Shown in pieces: positions 1 to 11,867 of a DNA stretch of 64,000 nt (position 1 is its first letter; each line of letters opens with the position of its first letter). The stretch is from Takakia lepidozioides (Eukaryota > Plantae > Bryophyta), in contig CM060733.1 of assembly GCA_030704615.1 (NCBI GenBank), positions 23,002,001 through 23,066,000 on the forward strand, written 5' to 3'. The position numbers and the translations under genes are program-made. The notes below the pieces were generated by a model. It was given only the letters and a program-made list of their open reading frames with translations. It did no database searches and was not told the DNA's origin.

Positions 1-2083
1 CTCAAGTTACAACAAGAGTTAGAAGATACAAAAGCTGCTTTGCAGTTGGCCAATGAACATTTGATTGAAGCAGGCCTCGCGTAGGACCAGTTGCACGAAG
101 CATATAAGCAACAGCTATACCAAATGCAGGTGAAGCATGAGAGCAAGTTGCAAGAAGTGAATGCACTACATACGGAGTTGCGGACAGTACATGATAGGAT
201 GGCCATACAATGTACTACACTCACAACTACTCTTCAGCAAACTACATTAGAAGTTAACAGACAAGGGGAGCTATTAATGAAGGCAGAGGCAGAGAATGTC
301 GAGCACGCAAAACTCATTATTGATATGAAGAATACAATCTGTCGCAATGAGAATACTTTCAAGCAATACAGGCAGGTTGAAGCTGACCAAGAGAGGTACA
401 TCCTGGAATTGCAACAAACAATCATGGTGAATAGAAATGAATTCTCTGTGGCTAACAAGGCTCGGAAGGAAGCCAATAATCTGGCTGCTGCCTATGCGAG
501 TTTGGTTGAACCTCATGCGAAGCGCATGGAGACTTTACAGCAGCAATTAGATGTGTACAGGCTCACAGAGGAGCAGACTCTTAGGGGTGTCACACACAAC
601 TTGGTGGATAACCACCTTATGTAGGTCTGGTTAGCACAAGGGCCGGTGGAAGGCAAAGCACCACGGAAGCTCACCCAAGGCGAGATGAATGAGCTCAGAC
701 TGCAGGTGCAGAACATTGCCACAACTACTATAGACAATGTCTATAGTAGGATAGCGGAGCTACAGGAGGATGTAGATGGCCTGCAGACTCAGGTGGAGAA
801 CCTGACTTCAAATATTAATAAGAGAGTCTTTGTACCTGAGGAGCAGCTGATGACTACTTATTTACAAGCCAGAACTCTAATTTTTCAGTCTTCTTCGCAA
901 GGGGTGCAGGAGATGCCAGTGGTGGAAGGGCCAGTATTACCAATACCACAACAAATGACTGTGCCGGTAGCTGACCCTGTTGTTACAACAGCCACACCAC
1001 AGCCGCCACAGCCTGAGGTATGGGGGGATGCTGCTTTTAACCCACCTAGGACTCCTGCTGCACGGGAGTACAGTCGGGCTATGATTATGTCCTTCAACCA
1101 AATTCCCATTGTGTTGGATTTGGCTTGGAAGGAATTTAGTCCTCCGCAATCGTTGGCACATTACTACCAGATCATGCGCATTTGGCTGCCAGTGGCAACT
1201 AGGACTAAGGTTCTTCCGAACAATCGACCCATTGAGGATCATCACTTTGCGAGGTACTGGCATGAAGCAAGTACCATGTTGAAGGAATTAATTGCCTTCC
1301 AGGTTGTACATGGGTACATTTATACCAAGACCAAGGAGGTAGCAAGTATTGTCATGGGCTGCGGGTTATACTATGCTGCTTGTTTTCTGGCACGTTATCA
1401 CATTGAGCAGCAGAAGATGCAATCGCGATTTTTGAGTTATTCCAGTGGGGATCATTGGGTCTTACCTTCAGTGCCACCTCATATGTACCTATATGATGCA
1501 AAGGTTATGATGCAAAAGGATTCCCAACTTCGTTCATGGTTTCATTCGGCTTGGAACAATTTGACAACACAGAAATTTGGCCCTGACGATATTTTCTTTA
1601 AGGGCCATGAGGCATGGAAATACTTGCACTGTTCCCAAGTCATTGGCACACCACTCACCTATACGGACAAGGAGTTCAGGGTGTTCACCAATTTTTCCAT
1701 TAAGAGCTTACAGCAGGTTGTACAGTGTAAACTTCCAGACATGGTGAGACCACATTGTATGCCCCAACGGATTCCAGTTAGAGTTCAACCGTTAAAACAC
1801 CTGAGGGGCGACGAAGACTCTGATTCTACATGTTTCTTCAGCGAACTCTTTTGACATGGCAGAGGACTACGCAATTCAGATGACAGAGAAGAAACGATGG
1901 GGATCTCCTATGCCTGAGAGGTTACCACGATATCAGCCAAAGGAGGGACTGACATTTCCAGGTAGTGTTCAATCATCTCCGTCAACCAGTGACAGGACTC
2001 GGGCTCGCACACGGAGTCCTTCACGAGACTCTCACCTTCAGAAGGGTGCTTGCTCACAAAGGTTTGCTAATCCCAAACAGTAA
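1..2083 (+). pseudogene. Long retroelement-associated ORF of unknown function (coiled coil, Pro-rich linker, globular domain), disrupted
   Basis: Bases 1-81, ORF 91-624 and ORF 646-1854 share one frame, separated by single TAG codons at 82-84 and 622-624. ORF 1856-2083 joins if one T is removed from the T run at ~1849-1852. Confidence 0.6.
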
Positions 2084-2243
2084 ACCGTGAGGACACGATT
2101 TTTTGAGAGGGGGAGGGGTAAATATTATAGGGCTGCTTGGGACTTAGACGCTTTTACGGGTTCTGTGGGGTACCCTTAATTTTTGCGCAGACTAAGACCA
2201 ACAGGAGCCTTAGGGGTGACAACAGCGCACTTTAAGGGGGGCT

Positions 2244-2561
2244 TACACAGCCCGACACAGCCCGTCACAGCCAGACACAGCCCGACACAGTCTGTCACAG
2301 CCAATCACAGCTGACACAGCCTGACACAGCTTCGCACAGCCGACACAGTCCGTCACAGCCAATCACAGCCGACACAGCTTGACACAGCTTTGCACAGCCG
2401 ACACAGTCCGTCACATCCAATCACAGCCGACACAGCTTCGCACGGCCGCCACAACCCGTCACAGCCAACACAGCCCGACACAGCCAGTCACAGCCCGTCA
2501 CAGCCAACACAGCCGACATAGTCAGTCACAGCTCGGCACAGCTTGACACAGCCTGTCACAG
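2244..2561 (+). repeat. CACAG(C/T)-based 9-10 bp minisatellite inside the putative LTR
   Basis: About 30 consecutive units such as cacagcccga, cacagccaat and cacagcttcg, with a ~58-bp higher-order block repeated 2-3 times. Confidence 0.95.
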
Positions 2562-3029
2562 TACATGGGGAACAGTTATCAATGACAGGGAACGACTGTG
2601 AGGGAACGACATCTGCAGAAGGAACGTGATACTTTGGGGATAACAGTTAATTAGTTAGGTGATTAGAACAACTTGGGGGGGTGGATAAGGAGAGCGGCAA
2701 TGGAAAGAATGACACTTCACGGGGGAGCGCTTGAGGGTCATGGAGGAGAGGAGATCAGGCGGAGAGCAAGAACGAGAGCACGGAGTAGGAGGAGAGATGA
2801 ACAGTATATGCTTTAATTCATGCAGAGCTATAGTGATACTGTAGGGTGGATTAGAGTCACTTGACATTGGCCTAGTACCTGATAAATCGTAATCTGATAC
2901 TTATTTGATACAAGCACACTGTGTAGAGAGACATGAGTGAAGCTGTGAAATGAATGCATGATTAACTGGAACTAAGAAGATACTGAAGCAAACTGATGCT
3001 TCAGTATCAAATAAGGTAAATTGTTAACA

Positions 3030-3985
3030 TGAAGGCAAGAAGGAATACAAAGGGGAAACACAACCATGATTCACTAGATGCAGGTCATGACTGATTGTAC
3101 TGAGCGGGCTGAGTGCTTAGAAATATCCAACTCTTCTATCTTGGAGTTTCCACCTCGGATAGCGAAGGGATGGGTGAGTAAAAGCCGCTCGACAGGTTGG
3201 CCACAAGTAAGCGTCAGGCGGAGGTGCCCGTGAACCGCTTGTACTTGAAGCACCTTCACGTGCAATGGCTAGGGAGAAACCCGCCTCTTCCAGCATTGCG
3301 ATCTCTTGGTGAGTGAGACCTGTGCCCATCTTCTCAGGTGGAGTAGGCTTCCTCACCACGGAGGGCCTCACTGTCCCACGCACACATCTCCCGCAATCGT
3401 CAGCGCAGAACCAGAACTTGTGGTTTTTTGCCTCTCCTTGTCCGTAAGGGGGAAACAAACTAGTGAGCTGCAGTGCGTTCTTTTCCTCTGGATATTAGTG
3501 ATGTACATTTTTCATGATTGGTGGCCCTGATCGCCGCGCATTTCACACGCGATGCAGCACTTGTGCGTTCTATATGTCAAACCTCGTCCAAGCACATGGA
3601 CTCCATTACATGCGGCACCACGTTCTGGTCTTCAACCATTTCAGTGACAGTGCTTGATGCAGGGGTCCGGTCTGTGGCAGATTGGCCCTCACCTGTGGAT
3701 ATTCCGCAATTCCATCTCTGATCCAAGGGAACACGTGGCGTCGAGAAGTTGACCCTGTCCGCCCTATGGGAATCTGCATCCGATCCGGGAGGGGTGTCCA
3801 ATTTCCGTTTGCAAGACCTGAATCTCTTTGCCTTCCAGATGAGGAACTCTTCCCACAAGAGGGGTGCCATCTGCACATATGCTCACTGCCCGCGCTATTT
3901 TGCTGGGATCCCCCGATCTTCTGGCTGCCCGCAACATCAACTCGCTCCTGTCCGGGCCTTTGCCACCAAGGCCACCCCTCAAGAA
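3030..3985 (-). pseudogene. Degenerate Cys/His-containing ORF fragment, probably from a DNA transposon
   Basis: Minus strand reads ...VMESMCLDEV*HIERTSAASRVKCAAIRATNHEKC...KFWFCADDCGRCVRG with stops and frameshifts. It resembles, from memory only, SWIM/MULE-associated proteins of seed-free plants. Confidence 0.3.
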
Positions 3986-4352
3986 TGACCTAACATCCTT
4001 AGCATTCTTAGCACTTATAATGAGATGCAACTGTTTGTCTCTCAAACTTGTGATGATGCTAGCTCTTGCTTTCTGATCTTTCCTATCCCATATGGCTTGG
4101 CCAACAATAGTGTCAGGTCTTGGGACTGATCCATCAACCACTCCCCATAGATCTTTGTCTAGAAGGACCATCTCCATCCTAAACTTCCAGGTTTGATAGT
4201 TAGCTCCATTGAATCAATCTTCCACTCTCACATCTAATGCACTCGTCATAGACATAGAAAGAGGATTGCTAGAAGACGACGCTCCAGCCATAATCAAGTT
4301 CTCTCAATCTCAACTACCAACTCTCACCTAGAGAGGAATGGCTCTGATACCA

Positions 4353-4679
4353 TGTTGGAATTCGACAGAGAATAGAGATAAAAGATGAACTGATTACTGA
4401 GAACTCTCCACCCAACCATAGGACCACAACAAGCTGTGTCCACCCTCCGAGCTCTCCCTATTTATACTCAAAGTCTAATCCAGAAATAGCTGAGATAACT
4501 ATAGCATAACTCCATGCTTTTACTTAAGATATCTCCACCTGCTATTCTGGTACAATGACTTGAGTCACTAATAACTGAAGCTAATTTTAGCTATCTTTTA
4601 GCTAACCGAGGCTTATCTCTATTGTTAACTGTGACTTGTCAGTATGTCTGGTTGTAGATATGTTTAATTACTTCCAACA
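4353..4679 (-). repeat. Copia LTR, copy 1
   Basis: TGTTGGAA...TTCCAACA termini. On the minus strand it has a PPT (GAGTGGGAG) upstream and the Met PBS downstream. Confidence 0.95.
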
Positions 4680-5723
4680 CTCCCACTCAATTAAACCATA
4701 TCATTGAGCTACTTCGTTTGTCTTTGGAGAAGAGGCACCAAGTAAGGTTGAACACTTCATGTGTTTTGTTTGTGGTAGACTCTTCGTCAAAACATCCGCA
4801 ACCATATCTTCTGTAGCACAATAGATCATCTTGATCTCTCCCTTGCATACAACTTCCCGTATGTAGTGATGTTGGACTTCAATGTGCTTCGTCCTTGAAT
4901 GATATTTCGGATTCTGACTTAGTGCAATCGCACTTTGATTGTCACAATAGAGAGTCGTAGGTAGTGATTGAAGACAATCCAAATCTCCAAGCAACTTCCG
5001 TAACCAAATAGCCTCCTTTGCTGCTTGTGTAATGGACATGTACTCAGCTTCTGTTGATGACAACGCTGTTGCAACTTGTCGTTTGCTAGACCAAGATACA
5101 GCTCCACCTGCTAGGAGAAAACAATGGCCTGAAGTTGATTTTCTACTATCAACGTCTCCTGCCCAGTCAGCATCAGCAAACCCCAACAAACTTGGATCTT
5201 CCACTCTCTTATAGAGTAGACCAGAGGTTGATGTTCCTCTTAGATATCGAAATATCTTCTTCATTGCTTTCCAATGGGTTTGTCCGGGATTTGAAAGAAA
5301 TTGTGAGACCACTCTCACTGAATGTGCAATGTTTGGCCTAGTACAAACCATACAATACATCAAACTGCCGACTCCGCTTTGATAAGGAGTTTTCCTCATA
5401 GCTCTTCTTGAGTCTTAGGTGCCATATCCTTCGTAAGTTTCAAACCAACTTCGAGAGGAGTTGATGTTGGCTTACTCATCTCCAACTTAAACCTTTGTAG
5501 AATTGTCTCAATGTATTGTCGTTGATGCATGAATACTGTATGGTTCACTCGATCTGTTGATTTGAATACCAAGACAGAACCGAATCTCACCCATGTCAGT
5601 CATGGTAAACTCAGCACGAAGAGTCTACCACAAACAAAACACATGAAGTGTTCAACCTTACTTGGTGTCTCTTCTCCAAAGACAAACGAAGTAGCTCAAT
5701 GATATGGTTTAATTGAGTGGGAG

Positions 5724-6050
5724 TGTTGGAAGTAATTAAACATATCTACAACCAGACATACTGACAAGTCACAGTTAACAATAGAGATAAGCCTCGGTTA
5801 GCTAAAAGATAGCTAAAGTTAGCTTCAGTTATTAGTGACTCAAGTCATTGTACCAGAATAGCAGGTGGAGATATCTTAAGTAAAAGCATGGAGTTATGCT
5901 ATAGTTATCTCAGCTATTTCTGGATTAGACTTTGAGTATAAATAGGGAGAGCTCGGAGGGTGGACACAGCTTGTTGTGGTCCTATGGTTGGGTGGAGAGT
6001 TCTCAGTAATCAGTTCATCTTTTCTCTCTATTCTCTGTCGAATTCCAACA
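5724..6050 (+). repeat. Copia LTR, copy 2 (inverted relative to copy 1)
   Basis: Near-identical reverse complement of 4353-4679 (about 2 differences seen by eye), preceded by PPT GAGTGGGAG. Confidence 0.95.
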
Positions 6051-6457
6051 GTTACACAGAGAAGCCACCTTGCATAGTGGTGAGCCCAGTTAAGCTTAGC
6101 GATCTATGATGACCACCACACTTAGTTGCTGCCCCACTCTCTGCAGGCTTGACCATCCAATGGAGAACTTGGACTTCCCTGCAGAGCTGTTTAGAGCTTC
6201 AGTATATAGTGAGCTCTTAGAAAGTTGGAAGTCAGACCTTTTTGACAGTAACCTTTCCTTACTTGATCCACTTTAACATCATCCTAGTTGGGACATCGAG
6301 CATTGAAGTCACACGGTTGCAAAATGAGGTCGCAAACAAATATAAGCGGAACGTTGAGGTAAGGGATCAGAGGACTTAATCAGCTCTTCTTCCCAATATT
6401 GAAGGCAACTCGCCAAAATTTTGAGGGGAAAAAAGAGGGGGCGCATGGCGCACTAGA

Positions 6458-7366
6458 TTGTCATTGCACTTCCAAATTCGCTTTTCGTAATTTCCCATTT
6501 GCCAAGTTCAGCAGTATGACAGATCCATCGTCTACTTGCTTCCGCTGCCTTCTCCTTTTCCAGGGGTCGAGCACCATGGCGCCATGGCCGGATGATTGTT
6601 CATTGTTTGATCGTTGTTGGACTTATGTTGCATTGGGGAAACAATGTTGGTTGCCATGTTTGGTCCTGGCTGCTGTCATGTGCAGGTTCTACTGCTTTTA
6701 GATTTCACCGTGATGTTTCCCAACACCTTTCCATTACTATTACTCCCCAGCTTGTGAGGCTCAAGTATCCAACAAGTTGTTTCTTCCAGATATCCTTGTT
6801 ACAAGATTACTTGATGCCTCCTTCTGCTGACTTGCGAATTACAGCCTACAGAAGCTTAAATGATTCACACTGCCCTAGATCCCCCTCAATTGGTTTCCAT
6901 GTTGGTAACTGTTGATGAGCACCACACAATACCTGTCGAAATCCAAGAGGGCAGCAGTCTGCAGTGGTGAGTGGTGGTTAACAAAAGTGAAACTTTTAGC
7001 TAGTGCAGTTCCAGAAAAGACATTCCACTCTCCCTTCACATTGTCCGAATTACTCTTTGTCGTGCATCTACGAGGTTTCATAGGATGTAAAAGCTCAAAA
7101 AATAAAGTTATTTGGAAGAACTTGCTATTGTAGAACTTCCAAAGAACCAAGCTTCAAGGTGGAAAATAGAGGGTGAGACAGACCCGAGAGCATCGTCATG
7201 GAAGCAATCTTTGTCGCGCACATGCAAAAAGAGCAGGTTGGGAATCCCCAACTAATGATTGGCAACCGAAACTTCTCATTCCAGTTTGGGCATAGAGTCT
7301 TCCACTGTACAGTAGTTATGGTTTTCGTCGTCCCTAATGAACCCTTCACAAATGGGTCAGACAGTC
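6458..7366 (-). pseudogene. C2-domain protein remnant (NTMC2/At1g53590-like)
   Basis: GLSDPFVKGSLG...WKTLCPNWNEKFRLPIISW...LHVRDKDCFHDDALG exon (~7184-7366, frameshifted). A degenerate downstream exon (YCVVLINSYQHG...) ends in WKRRRQRKQV...KANLEVQ*. Confidence 0.7.
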
Positions 7367-9954
7367 CTGCACAATGGTCACGTGCCTCTTAGAGTTCGTT
7401 AAAATTGACATCCACAAAAGGTTCTGTTTGAGGTGAAAACAGTTGGATTCTTTCAGTTACATTCAGCTTAGTTCATAAGCTTGTAAATTTGCTGTCAGTT
7501 GTCAGCTGTCAGTTATAGTAGATAGGGAGTTGCTTTCACTTTGAAACAACAAATAGTGCAATTGGAGCTGAACACCCAGCATGCTTTTGTCACGGGTTCT
7601 CCTGCTTCGTCAGTTTACTTTAGCCCTGAGTCACAATGAGCTGCTCTTTCTGAAACAGTGTTGGAAGAGAAGAAAATTGTATTGCGACCGCGTGAGGCTT
7701 AATGGACAGTACAACAACAAGAGATGAACTAAAAGAGTGTATGAAACCCTACATGAAACTGATTTACATCCACAGGAAGCTAATGGGACAATAAGGCGAG
7801 AGACCAGAGACTGAAAAACTAAAACTAAAACTTCATAACATCCACAGGATGAGAAAGAATTTTATTGGCTCCTCCCTCAAGAGGAGACCACGCATCAATG
7901 TTGAAAAAATGGATGATCTTGATATACCTTCATTGGAAAACACCCAAACATGACAGATATACCTCCACTAGTTAACATTGCTATTGCTATTAATGAACAT
8001 CAAATATAGATTTGTTTTTTCTTTGGTTTTTGTTAAATATATTTTTAATCAGTAACAGCCACTGGTAAATGGCTAGAGACCGGTGAAAGCCGGTCGCTTC
8101 TTCTTCCCTGCTCTCGTGTTCTTGCCTTCGTCGTCATGTCGCTGGAATCTGGGCGTGGAGGAATTGGTGCGATTTATCCTCGCAGGGACGAGATTGCATC
8201 ATGAGGGCATGCTGTCACGGCCGCCCTTATCTTCCCCATTCTCTTCCCCTTCCCTATTCTCTTCCGCGCTCCTTTTGTCAAACTGACTGCAAATGGTAAT
8301 CTTAGGTTTTGAGATTTAAATCAAATCTCTCATTTGCAACAAGGTGAGATGGAGGGATCAGTGCTTCTATGTACTGCTATTTGGGAGGATGATGCCACCA
8401 GGTCGGTCTACTAGGATTGCAGTGAAGGTTTCATGAAGACTTCGTTGGTCTCACACAACACTGGCTGGGACACATGCGGATACCCATTCCTCTCTGTACA
8501 TTGTATATATGGCTGTGTGTGATAGAGGGAGACAAGCAAAGATCAGTCTTGCTGTCAGTTGTTTTTGCCTCTTTTCCTTCACCTGAGTAGTCTCTTAGTG
8601 CAACTTGTGTGTTTCTTTGCTTAGTGGTCCTGTTAGGGTTGGTGTCTCTTTGTTTGTTGTGTTTGGGGTTTTTGGTTTGTAATGTTTTAGGAAGTCCCTG
8701 AAAATGTTCGCATGCAGCTCGAGCGTCATCTGGAAAAGGTATGTCTGCATCAAGAACCTACATTTACACCTGGATGGAAAATTTGTAAGGAGGAGCCAGA
8801 TAATCCTTGGCAGTTTTGTAATTGCTGAGACTTAGGCTGAAAAGGTTGTTTAGCAATACTAAAGTGACCGTCTTTGGCAGTATTTCCAACACTGGTAGCC
8901 CTCAACCAGGACACTGCTCAAACAGCAGGCCACCTTATTAGTATGTAATACATCTATGCCCGTATGTTGCAGATGCAGTAGTCTATCAATTTTAAAATGG
9001 AAAACATCTTATCTTTAGTGGTCATTAAGCTACAGGTTTAAAATATTGTTTTCATTTCTTTTACGATGAGTCACACTGACTATCTTTGCAATCTGCATCT
9101 TTGCCGTTAACCTTGGCTGCTTAATACAACATTTGGAATGTGCTGATGATTTGCTCTTTGGTAATCTTCTCTCTTTGTCTCCCCATTGAATGTTTGTGGA
9201 TCCATTGTAGTTTGAACCTGAAACTTTGCTATGAAACTTTGCTATGACATCCAGATAAAGTGGCAATGCATGGAGGCCAAAGCTAAGAGGAACAAGCTTC
9301 GTTCACAACTCTCAGGTAAAGTAACCAACTCTTGAGATAAATAGTATTCCCACATACTGTCCTCTGTGTCTATCTTCTGCCCATGAGTTTCTAGAATGGT
9401 TGGCAGTTTCATACCCTGGTGGAGAGCAGTGTCATACTGGATCTCAGCTCTCAATGGTATGTCTCTGCCACTGTTTACATAAGAGTGGTTAAGCCGCCTC
9501 GGCTGAATATTCAACAACCAGAAAGTTGGAGGGGGGGAGAGTATCATGCACGTAGGCCTTCCCTTTCCTGTCAGTTTTTTCATTTCCCAAGAACCTCACT
9601 GGGCTACTCATTAGCAACTATTGACCTTTTCTTCTGCATTCCTATCAACTCTGGTTTGTGGGGTGTCTATATATATATTAAGTTGGTTCCTTATGATATG
9701 TGTTGGTACGTCAAAAAGGTGACTAGTCTTTGCATTGCAAACAATAGTTGCTTGGATGCCTGACTTGCAGAGTATCAATATGGTGGTGCTCGAGATATGT
9801 AGTCAAGTTAAATGGATTTTTGGTGGACTTCGTCTCATTTACCATCAAATTCCAGTTGATCCAAAGAATGCAGTACCTTTGATCTGAGGAGGCTTGGCCA
9901 CACGCAGATTCAAATGCCTACATTATTTCAGTGCATCAAAATTTTAGTATTTCA

Positions 9955-10190
9955 ATATCTCAATCAAGATTTTCAGCAAGATTTTCAGCAAGTTATATCA
10001 GTCAGATTTTCAGCCAGATTTTCAGCGAGTATTTGAGTAATTCAACTAGATTTTCAGCCAGATTTTTAGCAAGTATTTCAGTATTCAGCGAGATTTCAAG
10101 CAAGTATTTGTTATTTCAGCTAGTTCTTCAACAAGTATTTTAGTATTTCAGTTAATATTTCAACAAGCATCTCAATATTTTATTAAGTAG
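9955..10190 (+). repeat. Degenerate ~11-bp tandem repeat (AGATTTTCAGC / AGTATTTCAG)
   Basis: Repeated units are directly visible. Confidence 0.85.
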
Positions 10191-10389
10191 TAAATCTGAA
10201 GATCGGTTTTGTAATATCATACATCAATAAAGTTCTACCGGGGACAGAGCCTCTTTCCCCGCCTTTATAAATAAATAAATAAATATTTTTTCTTCTTATG
10301 CAGAATATGTTAAAAGTATTTTAGAAAATATAGTTGAATGTGTGCTTACCTTATTTCAATATAGTATTTTAAGGAAATCTTCTACTTAG

Positions 10390-11000
10390 ACTTTTAGGGT
10401 GAAGCCACTACGCGACTAGCCGCATGTTTCATTCCACAGGAGACCAGAGAGGGCCAATGGGACCCAGAGAGAAGACAACAGAGAAATTTACAACCTCCAC
10501 AGGAACCCAGAGAATGTACTCTAAGACATTGTTTGCCGTAGCCTTGTGGCCATAGACCCCACACCCAAAAGGGAATAGATACTATCTTTGTGAGGGGCTC
10601 ACTCTTGTAGTTGGACTTAACTTGACAGAGACAATAGTTCGGGTTTTCCAGATATCCTCCAGAAAGCCCTTCACACAAGCAGCACTTGCTGTATGTGAGC
10701 TGCCCAGCAATTAGACCCCAACAGGGCCAGGGTTTTAGGCTCAGCCTCAAGTTTTTCAAAGTTGGTGAACAGAGGTGCAGGGACAATATTCTTGATGGCC
10801 CTGAAGAGGGTCACTCTCTGGTGAGAATCTCCGGACATTGTATCAGAAAATGGATATTGTCTTCAGGCTGCCCGCACATTCAGTCTAGTACCGAGGGTAG
10901 GTAGGCCCTTGAGATCATCCTTAAGGTCCTTGCCCCTGTCACAGACTGGGAACAAGTTCGGGGAAAGAAGAAGAATGATGAACTAGATGCAGGCGAGGCC
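10390..11000 (-). mobile_element. LINE 3' remnant
   Basis: CGQPEDNIHFLIQCP zinc-knuckle motif typical of the L1 ORF2 C-terminus at ~10830-10878. The rest is degenerate. Confidence 0.5.
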
Positions 11001-11044
11001 TGGAGGAGCGTCAATTCGAAGTAGAAAGGAAAGAAATGGAAGTA

Positions 11045-11555
11045 TACATGCATAACTAATGTCATCAAGACGATGTGTTGCACAGCTTGACACGTGTTTT
11101 TGAGTTCATTGTGTAAGGCCCACTCACGGTGCATCTCAGGCAATGCTGCCTCATAGTCTGTAGGGTAAGGAGGTGGCCATTGGCCACTATGTTCAATACC
11201 ATGCTACCCAAATCAGAAATAAGAGTGTCAAGGGTGTCAGAGGATGATAGGGGAAAAGCGATAAAAATTAACCACGCACTTGGTCACAGTCACAACGATA
11301 CAGTCAGGAAAGGCAAGGGAGTCCACAATAATAAGAGCACCAGCTCTCACAATGTTTTGAGTGGAGTTTGGGTAATACTGTTTAGAACGAGGTCCAAGGA
11401 GAGCAGCTGTCAAGTCCACAGTTCAATCCACTTGGGTCTTTGTATAAAGCTATGCAGGTTTGTGTGGTTTGTAAATCCAGGGATTTGTGAAACTTGCCCT
11501 CAAAATCTCCAAAAATTGTATCTACACGGGCAGCCTATTACTAATTGAGAATGAT
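11045..11555 (-). pseudogene. Duplicated fragment of the PrxIIF gene (exon 4 plus flanking intron)
   Basis: High similarity to 24695-25180. Encodes IQFFGDFEGKFHKSLDL and VDLTAALLGPRSK, interrupted by a 49-bp insertion. Confidence 0.9.
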
Positions 11556-11867
11556 CATGCTTTTCTTCTTGTATGTCTGTAGTCTGTACGTCTGTGTGCC
11601 TCTATGTGACTGGCGGATTAGATCATGCTTATAATGGGGTGATTACTGTACAAACTTACATGATGGCAGCATTTGTCATATCAAAGGATCAAATAGGACT
11701 TAGCAGGTGTCAACTGGTGCGAGATAGACACTCCCTAGTGCTCGCGTGCCATAGCCTTGTAGCCAAGAGAGTGAGGTCTTTTCTCTTCTTTGGGTGGGAA
11801 ACGAAATTAGACAGAAAAGAATGTTTTATGCGTATGTGACACTAAAGAAGTTTGCAATTGTTTGCAG

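Larger units (their letters stand above)
1..3029 (+). mobile_element. 3' end of an LTR retrotransposon (probably Ty3/Gypsy): extra ORF, PPT and 3' LTR
   Basis: GAGGACACG-T-run-GAGAGGGGGAGGGG polypurine tract at 2105-2118. It is followed by TATTA (probably TGTTA with a G>A change) at 2123 and a candidate TAACA end at 3029. This arrangement is typical of Gypsy 3' ends. The 5' LTR is outside the window, so the LTR limits are unconfirmed. Confidence 0.65.
3990..6050 (-). mobile_element. Rearranged Ty1/Copia retrotransposon: gag N-terminus, PBS, LTR, PPT, RNase H/RT, then an inverted copy of the 3' end plus LTR
   Basis: Gag NYQTWKFRMEMVLLDKDLWGVVDG (~3990-4290). RT/RNase H with GFADADWAGD, STEAEYM and HSRTKHIEVQHHYIRE (4701-5624). 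tRNA-Met PBS TGGTATCAGAGCC (4340-4352, -). Two 327-bp LTRs bounded by TGTTGGAA...TTCCAACA. Confidence 0.95.

Noticed and set aside
82-624. In-frame TAG codons as programmed read-through or U-to-C editing sites
   Set aside because: C-to-T decay of methylated CAG in a nuclear transposon explains them more simply. U-to-C editing is organellar.
2244-2561. Regular short repeats as a CRISPR array
   Set aside because: The units are 9-10 bp with no unique spacers, there are no cas genes, and the context is eukaryotic.
8340-8740. Short exon-like pieces (EMEGSVLLCTAIWEDDATR; EVPENVRMQLERHLEK)
   Set aside because: The borders look splice-like, but the pieces are too short to assign or support.
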